46,278 nt of DNA, from positions 1-46,278 of the forward strand of contig CAVTNR010000007.1 in assembly GCA_963736115.1 (NCBI GenBank), in the 5' to 3' direction. The first letter of the stretch is position 1, and each line of letters opens with the position of its first letter. Origin of the DNA: an uncultured bacterium. Its GTDB lineage: Bacteria; Zhuqueibacterota; QNDG01; DTFT01. Below the pieces are notes generated by a model that saw only the letters and a program-made list of their open reading frames with translations, had not been told where the DNA came from and ran no database searches. Position numbers and translations under genes: made by a program. Positions 18,380-28,995 of the stretch are shown here, piece by piece.

Positions 18380-19924
18380 ATGAGATTGCGGATGAAGAGA
18401 CTTTCTGTACGTATGCGGATTCCCGTGCTGTCGGTCGGTTTGACGCTTCTGGCCGCTTCCCGCATCGCGGGCCAGGAAACGAATGACTGCGTGTTCATTC
18501 ACCACTCCTGCGGCCGAAGCCTGGTTGTCGAACAGTCTGAACGACGCGCTTATCGCCAAGGATTACATCGACGAACGGAACGACATCTATTACGGCACGT
18601 CGGTGGCTCAACGACCCGGACCGTCCGGCATCGCTGGCGAACGAGCCAGGATACAACACCAACATGAACCACTGGGTGCGCTGGTTCAACGATTACCTCG
18701 CCGGCGTCCGGATGCTGGATGCGCCAGCGGCTACAACCGCATCGTGATGTTCAAAAGCTGTTACCCGATCAGCGACGTATCCGATGCCGGTACGGAGCCT
18801 GGTGACCCGTTTGTTGACTGGGATCAGACGATAGCTAACTATAAGGCGGTCTACCGTCATTTCGGTGGGCCTGGAAGCACGTATCCCTACGGCGGTTCCA
18901 CTTACCTGCCGCTGGAGGACATATTCGCGGCCAATCCGGACATTCTGTTCATTCCGGTCACTGCGCCGTCGCTCATCCCCGGTGAAACAAATGACGACAA
19001 CGCGCACCGCGCCAGGCAGTTCAACAACTGGTTGAAAAACGAATGGCTGCCGTCGTATCACGCGGCGAATCCGGGGCTCGACAATGTGGCCGTACTCGAC
19101 TGGTTCAACTTTCTCGCCTATCCGGACGATCATCCGACCGATCCCAGCCAGACGAAATCGGAATACCGGACCGGTGATTCCCACCCGAACGCAACGGCCA
19201 ACTCCGCCAGTACGGTCGAGTTCATTACCAAGCCGGGCAATTTCCTCGACTCTGCCTGGACCGCCTTTTCGACGAATTCGGTGCGCGTCGAGACGTCCTT
19301 TTTCCTGCAGTCCGGATACGATCCGGACACGGGCAAGCTGTCCACAACGCTCCGCGACGCCGGACTCGTGCCCCTGCAGTCCCCGTATCCGGAAGATCCG
19401 CGGACGGTGGCGCCGTGCCCGCCGGTGTCGTGGACTGGGTTCTGGCAGAGATCCGTTCCACGGCGGATGGCCCGGCGGTGGACCAGGTCAGCGTGTTTCT
19501 GAACGACGACGGGGAACTTGTCTCGGACCTCGGCACGACTCCGAAATTCGCGGTTGACGCGCCGGACGGGGATTATTACCTGGTGATCCGCCACCGCAAT
19601 CACCTAGCCGTGATGAGCCGGGATAAAATCAGCCTGGTCAGGGGCAATTCGATCCTCTATCCCTTTGCGGACGATTCCACCCGTTACGTGGGAAAAGACG
19701 CGGCCACAGAGCTCGAAACCGGAATGTGGGGCCTCTGGGCCGGCGACATCAATCAGGACGGCCAGATCACAACCACGGACTACACCGCCTGGTACAATTC
19801 CGCGCGGCTGGGCGAAAACGGATACCTGGACACGGACCTGGATCAGGACGGCCAGGTGACGACCACGGATTACACGCTGTGGTACAACAACGCGAGACTG
19901 GGCGCGGCGTCCAGGGTGCCGTGA
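18380..19924 (+). CDS. Secreted SGNH-like hydrolase with C-terminal dockerin/EF-hand-like module (several frameshifts)
   Basis: Pieces in different frames: signal peptide + FIHHSCG; VMFKSCYP, DWFNFLA, GDSHPN; VDWVLAEIR, RHRNHL and paired D(I/L)(N/D)QDGQ(I/V)TTTDY. Confidence 0.6.
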
Positions 19925-19988
19925 GTCTCGCCAATCCCCGCGGACCCCGGGGTTGACCCCGGGATCGGCGTTTCAGCAAGGAATACGC

Positions 19989-21395
19989 ATGGCATTTCGC
20001 ATGGGACGGCTGATCGTTTTCACGGCCGTCCTGTTTTTCATCTCCAGGTGCGCGCCCGGGCCTGAACTCGGCCGTCCGCCTGCTGAACGTTCGGCCCCTG
20101 AACCCGAACAGGACGCGTTCGCCTTTGTCGACCCGGGTTCGCAGAACGTCCGCCTGGTTTCAGCGGCGCTTCAGGATTCCATGTGCCGCAATTCGGACCG
20201 GGTCTGGAAGGCCGTGTGGAAAAGCGGGCGCAGGCCCGTTCCCAGCGCCGAGGCGGAATGGGGATTCCGGCATTTCGGAAAGCCGGGTTGGTACGGCGAG
20301 AATCGCCTGGCCAGGCCCGAAGGGTGGCTGACCGCGCTGGAGGCAAAAGCCGGGCTCGCGGCCTGGCCGAACCGGAATGATTTCGCTGTCGCCGTGCGGC
20401 GCACGGACCTGCGTCTTCTGCCCACGGACAAGCCGGCATTCGAGGACTTCCGGTCCGCGGGCGGCGGATACCCGTTCGACATGATACAGCAGACCGCGAT
20501 TCCGCCCGGAACGCCTCTACGCATACTCCATTCTTCCGTGGACGGGGACTGGCTCTACGCCGAATCCCCGGTGGCCGCGGGCTGGCTCCGGCCGTCCGAT
20601 GTCGCGACGGTCGACCCGGTTTTCATCTGGCAGTGGAACACCGGACGCACGGCCGCGGTTCTGGCCGAAGACATCCCCGTGCGGACTGGAGACGGCCGCC
20701 ACCGTTTCCGCGCGCCTTTCGGAACCGTGCTTCCCCTGCTCAGGCGGAGCGGACAGGGCCTTCATGTGCTCGTCCCGGTCGCGGACGGAAACGGCATCGC
20801 GGCCGCGGGCGAGGCTTTACTGTCCTCGGAAACCGCGGCGGAGCGGCCCGTGCCGCTCACCGCGGGCCGGCTGGCCGCGGCAGTCAACGCGATGATGGGT
20901 CAGGCGTACGGATGGGGAGGGCTCTACGGCAACCGCGACTGTTCCGCGGCGCTTCAGGACCTGTTCGCGCCTTTCGGCATTCTTCTGCCGAGGCATTCAT
21001 CCGCACAGGCCGCGGCCGGCGACTCCATTCTGGACCTGAGCCGCATGACGCCGGAGGAGAAGGAACGGGTCATTCTGCGGCATGGAATTCCCTTTCTGAC
21101 GCTGGTTCACCTGAAGGGTCACATCATGCTCTACGTCGGGTCATCCCACGGCAGGGCCTGCGTGTTCCACAACCTGTGGGCCGTGCGCACGCGCGACGAG
21201 CATGGGGCGGAAGGGCGGCACATCGTGGGCCGCGCCGTGATCACGACCCTGTCACCGGGCCTGCGGGTCCGGAATGCCGACCCGGCCGCGGACCTGCTGA
21301 AACGGGCGGACCGGATGACGTTTCTGGTGCGCCCGGACTCCGTTGCCGGCTCAGACAGGCGGTTCATTCCGGAAAAACAATGGAACATGGAATGA
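19989..21395 (+). CDS. NlpC/P60 cell-wall endopeptidase lipoprotein with SH3b domains
   Basis: Probable lipoprotein signal (FISRC); YGWGG...RDCS, LPRxSxxQ, GHIMLYVG, FHN. Confidence 0.88.
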   Translation: MAFRMGRLIVFTAVLFFISRCAPGPELGRPPAERSAPEPEQDAFAFVDPGSQNVRLVSAALQDSMCRNSDRVWKAVWKSGRRPVPSAEAEWGFRHFGKPGWYGENRLARPEGWLTALEAKAGLAAWPNRNDFAVAVRRTDLRLLPTDKPAFEDFRSAGGGYPFDMIQQTAIPPGTPLRILHSSVDGDWLYAESPVAAGWLRPSDVATVDPVFIWQWNTGRTAAVLAEDIPVRTGDGRHRFRAPFGTVLPLLRRSGQGLHVLVPVADGNGIAAAGEALLSSETAAERPVPLTAGRLAAAVNAMMGQAYGWGGLYGNRDCSAALQDLFAPFGILLPRHSSAQAAAGDSILDLSRMTPEEKERVILRHGIPFLTLVHLKGHIMLYVGSSHGRACVFHNLWAVRTRDEHGAEGRHIVGRAVITTLSPGLRVRNADPAADLLKRADRMTFLVRPDSVAGSDRRFIPEKQWNME

Positions 21396-21399
21396 TGGG

Positions 21400-22203
21400 A
21401 TGATCGAAACGATCGGGACAGAGAAGTGGAGGGAGCTGAGGGTCTGGTTCGACAAATACGTTGAGTCGTTTGCGGAACCAGGGAAACGAGATCCGGGGCC
21501 GATCAATCTCAAAAAGCGCCACACAATGCGGGTTTGCGGAGAAATCGCGGGCATCGGCCGTTCTATCGGCCTGAACCGGGAGGAACTCCGTTTCGCGGAA
21601 ACCGTCGCTCTTCTGCATGATATCGGCCGGTTCGAGCAATACGCCGTCTTCGGGACTTTCGCGGACCGGAAGTCCGTGAATCACGCCGAACTGGGCGTTC
21701 AGGTGATCCGGAAGAGCGGCATCCTGAACGGCCTGGCCGGCGCAACCGTGTCCGCGGTTGAAACCGCGGTGAACTGCCACAACATGGCGTTTCTGCCTGT
21801 GGACCTGAACGGCCGCGTCCGCGCCTTTTCGCTCATGCTTCGCGACGCGGACAAGCTGGACATCTGGAAAGTCGTCACCGACTATTACGGACAGCGGGGC
21901 GGGCCGCGTGACACGACGATCGAACTCGATCTGCCGGACACGCCGGGCGTATCGCAAGACGTACTGCTGGATCTGCGGGAAAAACGCATCGTCCGGTCGC
22001 AGCATGTCCGGAACCTGAACGATTTCAAGCTGCTGCAGGTCGGGTGGGTCTTCGACATCCATTTTGAATATACGGTGAAACGCCTGAAGGAAAGACGCTA
22101 CCTGGAAATGATACGCGCGGCATTGCCCGAGGATGAATCGGTCGAGAGCGTATTCCGGGGGGTGACGGATCATTTGGAGACCTGGTCCGCCGGATCCGCG
22201 TGA
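21400..22203 (+). CDS. HD-domain phosphohydrolase
   Basis: HTxRV, LLHDIGRFEQY, NHAELG, HN, RDADKLD. Confidence 0.88.
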   Translation: MIETIGTEKWRELRVWFDKYVESFAEPGKRDPGPINLKKRHTMRVCGEIAGIGRSIGLNREELRFAETVALLHDIGRFEQYAVFGTFADRKSVNHAELGVQVIRKSGILNGLAGATVSAVETAVNCHNMAFLPVDLNGRVRAFSLMLRDADKLDIWKVVTDYYGQRGGPRDTTIELDLPDTPGVSQDVLLDLREKRIVRSQHVRNLNDFKLLQVGWVFDIHFEYTVKRLKERRYLEMIRAALPEDESVESVFRGVTDHLETWSAGSA

Positions 22204-22225
22204 CGGACGGCTTCCGGATCTTAAG

Positions 22226-22264
22226 GAGAGACCTGAAAGGTCTGACCGGCCTTTCAGGTCTCTC
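22226..22264. terminator. 17-bp inverted repeat between convergent genes (bidirectional terminator or REP-like), overlapping the MFS stop codon
   Basis: gagagacctgaaaggtc-tgacc-ggcctttcaggtctctc. Confidence 0.55.
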
Positions 22265-23630
22265 TTTGTTTCCCCCTCGCCAGAGACGCGAAAATGCCCG
22301 CGAAACACAGGCCCGCGCACACGACGAACGCAGTCCGTTGCGCGGAGAGAAAATCCGGCACCGACTCAGGCGACAGGGAACGGCTTCCCACGAACAGCGC
22401 GATGAGCAGAACCGCGAAGCCCATGGACCCCATCTGTCCGGTCAGCCGCATGGTGCCGAGTATGGCCGAAGCCACGCCCATGCGGCGCGGCTCCACGGAA
22501 CCCATCACCGCATTGGTGTTGGGCGAAGAGAAGAAGGCGAAGCCCAAACCCAGAACCAGCAGGCAGGAGACGATGAATCCGACCGGCGTGTCCCTGCCGG
22601 CCGTGGAGAGACCGATCAGCCCGAGCGTGCTGACGGCCATGCCGAGGGACGCCAGGGTTCTTGGCGCGATGCGGTCCGACAAGAGGCCGGTGACAGGCGA
22701 GAGCACGGCCATGACCAGGGGCTGGGCCGCGAGCACCAGTCCGGCTCCGGCCGGATTCATGCCTTTCACGGTCTGCAGGTACAGGCTGAGCAGAAAGGAC
22801 ACGGCCGCGGTGGCGGCGTAATGCATGAGCGCGGCCAGGTTGGAGAAGGCGAAAATCCGGTTTCTCCGGAAGAGGTTCATGTCGAGCAGGGGGTGCGGCG
22901 TGCGGGTTTCAAGTAAAACGAAACCCGCGATTCCGGCCAGGCCGCAAAGAACCAGGGCAACGCCCGCGGCTGAGGGCAGTTTCGAGAAACCGATCATCAG
23001 CGCGGTCAGGGAGGCCATGCTGAGGAATGCCCCGGCCCTGTCGAAAGGGCCGTCCTGGTCATGCTTCCACTCCGACCGGACGCCGGACGCCAGAGCCAGC
23101 CAGGCGGCCGCGGAGAGGCCGGCGTTCACCAGAAAAAGACTGCGCCAGCCGTAGCGTGCGGTCAGCAGGCCTCCGATCACCGGACCCAGAGTCAGGCCGG
23201 TGTACACGGCCGCTACGTTCCACCCCAGCACCCGGCCCCTTTCGCCCGCGGGAAATGCGGACACGAGAATGGCCGCGGACGTGCCGAACAGCATTGCGCC
23301 GCCGAAACCCTGGACGACCCGGAGGCCGAGCAGGACCCCGATCGAGCCCGCGGCGCAGACGCCGGCCGAAGCCGCGGCGTAGAGGGCGAGCCCGATCGAA
23401 AACAGGCGCCTGCGGCCGTGACGGTCCGCCAGGCCGCCGGCCGGAAGAAGAAAGGCGGCCGCGGCCAGCATATAGGACATGGCGAACCAGCTCAACGTCA
23501 CGGCGCCGAGCGAGAATTCCGCCGCGATGCGGGGGAGCGCCACGTTCACCGCGGAACCCATGAAAGGCGCCAGAAAAGCGCCCAAAGTGGTGATCGCGAG
23601 AACCGCTTTTTTTTCGGATGGTCCGGTCAT
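22254..23630 (-). CDS. MFS drug:H+ antiporter (DHA2/EmrB-QacA type)
   Basis: NVALPxI, GxLADRHGRR, RVVQGxG, GPxIGG, PLLDxxLF; about 14 hydrophobic segments. Confidence 0.92.
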   Translation of the reverse strand: MTGPSEKKAVLAITTLGAFLAPFMGSAVNVALPRIAAEFSLGAVTLSWFAMSYMLAAAAFLLPAGGLADRHGRRRLFSIGLALYAAASAGVCAAGSIGVLLGLRVVQGFGGAMLFGTSAAILVSAFPAGERGRVLGWNVAAVYTGLTLGPVIGGLLTARYGWRSLFLVNAGLSAAAWLALASGVRSEWKHDQDGPFDRAGAFLSMASLTALMIGFSKLPSAAGVALVLCGLAGIAGFVLLETRTPHPLLDMNLFRRNRIFAFSNLAALMHYAATAAVSFLLSLYLQTVKGMNPAGAGLVLAAQPLVMAVLSPVTGLLSDRIAPRTLASLGMAVSTLGLIGLSTAGRDTPVGFIVSCLLVLGLGFAFFSSPNTNAVMGSVEPRRMGVASAILGTMRLTGQMGSMGFAVLLIALFVGSRSLSPESVPDFLSAQRTAFVVCAGLCFAGIFASLARGKQRET

Positions 23631-23643
23631 GCGCGGAGGATCC

Positions 23644-26120
23644 TCATATCCCGAGCCACAGACCGAGCGGCATGAGGGGCATGGCCCTGCCGGGACGGTC
23701 CAGAATCAGACGCAGGGTTTCCGCGGCCGGATCCGTCTGACGGTCCCGTGCCGGCGTCCCGATCACGCTGGACATGAACATCCCCGGATCGAACCATTCC
23801 GGTCCGGGCAGTTCCACCACCCGTATTCCCCGATCCGACCGCAGTCCGGCCTTCTCGGCCGCGATTTCCACGGCCCGCTCCATTCCGCCGATCTCGTCCA
23901 CCAGGCCCTTTTCCTTCGCGTCCGCGCCGGACCAGATGCGGCCCTGGCCGACGGAATCCACGGCCGACGGCCTCATGCCGCGGCCCTCCGCGACCTTGGC
24001 GACGAATCCGGCGTACAGGCCGCGTATCACCGACTCATAGCGGGCCCTCTCTTCCGCGTCGAGGGCGCGGTCCGGAAGCACGGCGTCGAAGAAGGGCAGA
24101 AGAATGCCGCGGGTGAGGTCCGCGTGTTTGCCCGCCTGCACGATGTCTGACCGCAGGCCGATCTTGTCGCCCAGCCCCGCGTTCCAGATCCACATCGAGA
24201 TCACGCCCACGGATCCGGTGATGGTCAGCGGGGAGGAGACGATGGTGTCGCCGTACATGGAAATCCAGTACCCGCCCGAGCCCGCCACGGCGCCCTGCGA
24301 CACGATGACCGGCTTCTCCTTGCGGCATTCCTTCATGGCTTCGGCGACGAGGTCCGAGGCCAGGGCCGATCCGCCGGGCGAATCGGCGCGGAGCACCACG
24401 GCTTTCACGGACCGGTCCTTCGCCAGGCCGCGGATGATTTTCTCGAGTTTTCGTCCCTGTATGCCCGTCTCGACGTCACAGGGCCCGAGCGCGTACACCA
24501 CCGCGATTTTCGGCAAAGCGCCCCAGCGGTCGTCGGGAAGCACGTTCTCCGCCAGGCCGGACGGCCGCACGAACCGTTTCGGTCCGCCTTCCGATTTTTC
24601 CACGATTTTTTCGGCGTCCGACCACCGGGCCAAAGTGTCCACCAGGCCCGCCTGTTCCGCGTCCCGCGGCGTGAAGATCACGACCCGGTCGACGAGCGAA
24701 TCGAAAACAGCCTCGCTGAAGCCCCGTGACGCGGACACGTCGCGGCGCGCCAGGCTGTAGCAGTCCTCCAGGTAGGCCTGGAGCTGTTCGCGGTCCGCTT
24801 CGGACATCTCCTTCCGGGCCATGGTCTCGGCCGCGGACTTGTAGGTGAAGAAACGCAGTTCCTCGACGCCCACGCCAAGCTTGTCGAGCAGTCCCCGCAT
24901 GTAGGTCTTGCCGACCGCGAATCCCTCGATCTGAAGGATGCCCTCGGGATCGAGGACCACGCGGTCCGCGGCGCTGGCGATGTAATAGGCGTTCATGTCC
25001 GCTTCGTCCAGAAAAGCGACGACGCGTTTCCCGGTTTTCCGGAAACCGAGAAGGGCTTCGCGGATCTCCCAGCCGAGTTCGCTCAATCCGGCGCGGCCCG
25101 CGTATTCTCCGGCGAATCCGGCGCCCGACAGGTTGACGGCTGCGCCGGCCACGGCCGGATCGTCCGCGGCCTTGCGGAGCGCGTCCAGTATGCCGGACAG
25201 GGTGGAGGTTTTCGTGTCGAAGAAACGGTATTTACGGTACGCGATGCGGCCGCTCAGGTCGAGCGACAGGAATGATTTTCCCTTCCGCCAGGTCCGATCC
25301 CCGATGTTCCGCTCAGGAGCCCCGGCTCGGATGAAGGTGTGCGAGGCCGGGCTTCCGTCCCGACCCTTCCAGGCGCCGGCTGATCCCGCGGTCAGCGCGC
25401 CGAGGCTGAAGGAGCCGCCCAGCATGAACCTTTTTCCGTCGCCGTATTTCGCGGCCACCCGGACGCCGGGCAGGGGTTCCAGGCATGCGCCCGCGGACCA
25501 TGCGGCTTGGTCCGGCGAATCGGGGCCGGACAGGGACGCGTCCGCGAAAAGGGTCAGGCCGGATGTGCCGAAAGGCCGTATCGACAGATCCGCCAAAGCC
25601 TCCCGGTTCCGTTTCGAGCCTGAAGGGACGCCGGTCAGTCCCACGGACAGGAAACGGGATGGACGGACGATGACGCCTGCTGAGAAAAAGCCGTCCGGTT
25701 TCAGGGCCGCGGGACCGCCGGACCATCCGTATCCCATTCCCAGGCAAAGGCCCTGGATCCGGTTCCGATCGAAAACCGATAGTCCCGGATCGTTTCATTC
25801 TTCAGGCCGCCTGCCGTTGGGACCGGAACCTGCCGCGAAGTCATGCTGAATCCGTACGGGTTCAGGCCCGTGTAAAGGCCCCAGCTGGAGGGTAAATCTC
25901 CGGGGAAACTGGATTGTATATAGATGAGTTCCGGATCATGGGTGAACCGTATGGCAGCCGGGTTGATCGAAGCGGACAGGCTGTTGTCCCATGACCCGGC
26001 CGCGAACGGGGTGAGCCAGCGGGTGTCGTCGAATGACAGGCGGGGGATTTTTGAATCCGCAAGAGCGGGCCGCGTGAGGATGCATGCGGCAATGCAGAGG
26101 AGGGAAACAGCGCGTTTCAT
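23644..26120 (-). CDS. sppA: Signal peptide peptidase A (S49) with long N-terminal extension; frameshift near 25744
   Basis: YKSAAE (Lys), DSPGGS, AGSGGY (Ser), TGSVGV, GRIWSG, GLVDEIG; ORF 25701-26120 supplies the signal peptide. Confidence 0.85.
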
Positions 26121-26148
26121 GAGAATCTCCGGTATGGGTCAGGAAAAA

Positions 26149-26249
26149 GGTTCATTGTTCATGGTTCATAGTTCATAGTTAAAAAGGTGAAATTGTCATC
26201 AATTCATTTCCTGCCTTCTCCATGAACTATGAACTATGAACCATGAACT
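26149..26249. repeat. Inverted heptamer arrays (GTTCATN)n - spacer - (NATGAAC)n
   Basis: Four units on each side; same family as 16961 and 38120. Confidence 0.8.
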
Positions 26250-26255
26250 GTATTA

Positions 26256-26284
26256 AAAGTACCCATTCCCCCGCGTTTTGTCAA
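26256..26284 (-). promoter_or_regulatory. Sigma70-like promoter for sppA
   Basis: Minus strand TTGACA-N17-TACTTT. Confidence 0.6.
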
Positions 26285-26327
26285 GCTTTCCGGGCCCCAT
26301 CCGCCCGAAAATTATTGTACTTTGCTA

Positions 26328-26356
26328 TTGCTTTTTCATGCCGAAATGTTTAAATT
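26328..26356 (+). promoter_or_regulatory. Sigma70-like promoter for the small basic protein
   Basis: TTGCTT-N17-TAAATT. Confidence 0.5.
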
Positions 26357-26405
26357 AATATGTGCCTTTTTTCACAATAATTTTGATCCACAGGAGATCT
26401 CTTTC

Positions 26406-26615
26406 ATGGGAAGAAGCAAAAGCAAACAGAAACGCTTGAAGATCCAGATCCGGCGCAAACGGCACAGCCGAGAGAAAAGACTGCGCGACCGGCTCCGCAC
26501 CCGTACCCCCGGGGCCTCCTCCGAATCCAAATCCTCCGCAAAGAGTCCGAGATCTCCCAGGGCCGCCAAGGCGTCCAAGCCTCCCAAAGAGTCACAAGAA
26601 TCCAAAGCGTCCTGA
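26406..26615 (+). CDS. 69-aa highly basic hypothetical protein
   Basis: CAGGAG RBS and upstream promoter; MGRSKSKQKRLKIQIRRKRHSREKRLR... Confidence 0.6.
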   Translation: MGRSKSKQKRLKIQIRRKRHSREKRLRDRLRTRTPGASSESKSSAKSPRSPRAAKASKPPKESQESKAS

Positions 26616-26676
26616 ACGGTTTTCCGTCGTCCATTTTCTCCGATTCCCCTTCGCGACGAAGGGTCGGGAGCGATTT

Positions 26677-27438
26677 ATGAACAAGGCCATTTCTCCGGTT
26701 TTACGCATCGGCGCCGCGGTTTGCGGCCTCGCCGTCTGGTTCGGCGCCGGATGCGGCGGGCCTGACACCCAGCCCAAGCTGGCCAACCCGGCCTATCAGG
26801 CGAAGCCGGTCTTCACCGACTCGTTCGACCGGGGGCTTGCGGAGTGGTTCGTCACGGGCGAGGGCCTCGCGGTCGTGAACGCCGACACCGCGCTCGAACT
26901 GACCTGCGGATCGGACACCTCGTTCGTGTCCGTCTGGTCCAGGCGGGACTTCCCGGAAAATGTCCAGCTGGAATACCGCGTCTTTCTGCCGGATACGCCG
27001 GGCACGCACATCGTGTATCTGTGCGCTTCCGATTCGGCCGGACGGATGCTGACGCCGGAATCGTTCGGCTCGGCCGGCGAAACCAACCATTTTCAGCGGA
27101 GCGTCCTGTACAGCTACCAGGTCTTCTGCCACGCCTTCGACCGGTCCGGCCGGTCCCTGGGCGGCACGCGCCTGCGCAAGAATCCGTCGAATCTTCTGCT
27201 TTCAGGCAATCCGGTCGACCCCTGCCGGGAGAACCGGTCGTACTGGATCGACGTGTTCAAAGTCGGCAGCCGTATCCAGTTTTTCGTGGACGGGACGGCG
27301 GTGCACGACGTGGTCGACCGGGGCGGCTTCGGCCCCGTGTACATGAAGGGCCAGTTCGGGTTTGCCGTTCACGGCAAAGCCGGGGGTTTCCGCGCGATCA
27401 TCGACGACGTGACCGTATATAAGCTCATTCCGAGGTGA
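26677..27438 (+). CDS. Lipoprotein with concanavalin-like fold (DUF1961/YesU-like)
   Basis: GGGAG RBS; lipobox GAGC; F.DxF, RLRKNP, IQFFVDG, GQFGF, IDDVTV. Confidence 0.55.
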   Translation: MNKAISPVLRIGAAVCGLAVWFGAGCGGPDTQPKLANPAYQAKPVFTDSFDRGLAEWFVTGEGLAVVNADTALELTCGSDTSFVSVWSRRDFPENVQLEYRVFLPDTPGTHIVYLCASDSAGRMLTPESFGSAGETNHFQRSVLYSYQVFCHAFDRSGRSLGGTRLRKNPSNLLLSGNPVDPCRENRSYWIDVFKVGSRIQFFVDGTAVHDVVDRGGFGPVYMKGQFGFAVHGKAGGFRAIIDDVTVYKLIPR

Positions 27439-27482
27439 CCCGGCGCGAGCCGTGCCGGACGTGATTCTGTGAGGGATACCCA

Positions 27483-28727
27483 ATGGCGGTGGTAAGACCG
27501 TTCCGGGCGCTGCGCCCGGTTCCCGCGCTGGCGGCGGAAGTCGCCGCTCCCCCGTATGACGTGCTCGACTCGGAGGAGGCGAGGGCCATGGTGCGGGAAA
27601 ATCCGCGCTCCTTCCTCCGCGTCTCCAAAGCCGAAGTCGATCTCGAACCCGCCATAGACCTCCACGATCCGCGTGTGACCGCCAGGGCGGCCGAAAACCT
27701 CGAAGCCTTCATCCGCGACGGCATTCTCGTGCAGGATCCCCGGCCCTGCCTGTACCTGTACCGGCTGAAAATGGGCGATCACGTGCAGACCGGGCTGTAC
27801 GCCTGCGTGTCCGTGGCCGATTACGAGAACGACACGATTCGGAAGCACGAGCACACGCGGCACGACAAGGAAGAGGACCGCCTGGCCCAAATCCAGGCGC
27901 TCAACGCCCAAACCGGGCCGGTGTTCCTCATGGTCCGCGGCCGCGACGAACTGAAGGCGCTCTTCGACCGGGCCGCGGCGGAAAAGCCGGAATACCGGTT
28001 CGTCCACCAGTACGGCGTGGAGCACACTTTCTGGGTGGTGAAGGACGAAGCCTGGATCGACTCCGTGCGGGCGGCTTTCGACGCCGCGGGCTGCCTGTAC
28101 ATCGCCGACGGCCATCACCGGGCGGCCGCGGCCGTCCGGGCCGGCCGTGAAAGACGCGAAAAGAATCCCGGCCACACCGGCCAGGAAGAGTATAATTTTT
28201 TCCCCGCGGTGATCTTCCCGGACTCCGAGATGCGGATATTGAACTACAACCGGGTCGTGCAGGACCTGAACGGGCTTTCGGCCGACGCCTTCCTGAAGCG
28301 GATCAGCCGGGATTTCAAGGTCGATCCCGCGCCCGACGGCAGGGCGTTCATGCCCGCCGAGCGGGGGACATTCGGCATGCGGCTCGGGGACCGCTGGTTC
28401 GTCCTCCGGGCGCCCGAAGCCCGGCTTCATTCCTCCGATCCGGTCTCGCGTCTCGACGTTTCCATCCTGCAGGACCTTCTGCTCGGACCGGTGCTCGGCA
28501 TCCAGGATCCGCGCACCGACAGGCGCATCCAATTCGTCGGCGGCATCCGCGGCCTCGGGGAGCTGGAACGCCTGGTCTCCGCCGGCGCGGCCGTCGCTTT
28601 CTCTCTCTTTCCGACGGGCATCGACCAGCTCATGACCGTGGCCGACAGCGGCCGGGTCATGCCGCCCAAATCCACCTGGTTCGAACCCAAACTCCGAAGC
28701 GGTCTCGCGACGCATTTTCTGGACTGA
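27483..28727 (+). CDS. DUF1015 family protein (ParB/sulfiredoxin-like motif)
   Basis: RPFRALRP, APPYDV, IRKHEHT, YIADGHHR, MPPKSTWFEPKLRSGL. Confidence 0.9.
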   Translation: MAVVRPFRALRPVPALAAEVAAPPYDVLDSEEARAMVRENPRSFLRVSKAEVDLEPAIDLHDPRVTARAAENLEAFIRDGILVQDPRPCLYLYRLKMGDHVQTGLYACVSVADYENDTIRKHEHTRHDKEEDRLAQIQALNAQTGPVFLMVRGRDELKALFDRAAAEKPEYRFVHQYGVEHTFWVVKDEAWIDSVRAAFDAAGCLYIADGHHRAAAAVRAGRERREKNPGHTGQEEYNFFPAVIFPDSEMRILNYNRVVQDLNGLSADAFLKRISRDFKVDPAPDGRAFMPAERGTFGMRLGDRWFVLRAPEARLHSSDPVSRLDVSILQDLLLGPVLGIQDPRTDRRIQFVGGIRGLGELERLVSAGAAVAFSLFPTGIDQLMTVADSGRVMPPKSTWFEPKLRSGLATHFLD

Positions 28728-28995
28728 TCCCGGAACTCCGCGGTGATGGCGGGGTCACCGGAAGGAAACGAAATGAACGTTATTATCCATAGAAACAAGC
28801 ACCAAGGCTTCGAAAGAGGCCGGGAACAAGCGAAAAGGAGGATCTCCGCCGCTTTCGGCGGGACGTCCGTCCGGCCGGTTCCGTCCGCAAAACGAAACAA
28901 AACAAAACCCATCTGAGCGCCGACCGCCGCGCCGTAAAGGCCGCGTGCGGGAGGCCGGGCGCGGGAAAACCCTTACTCAAGCCAGGAGGCATTGC

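Noticed and set aside
28741-28935. ZTP or glycine riboswitch before serA
   Set aside because: Only partial resemblance (gtgatggcg, gccgaccgcc); the conserved CUGGGC end and the glycine aptamer core are absent
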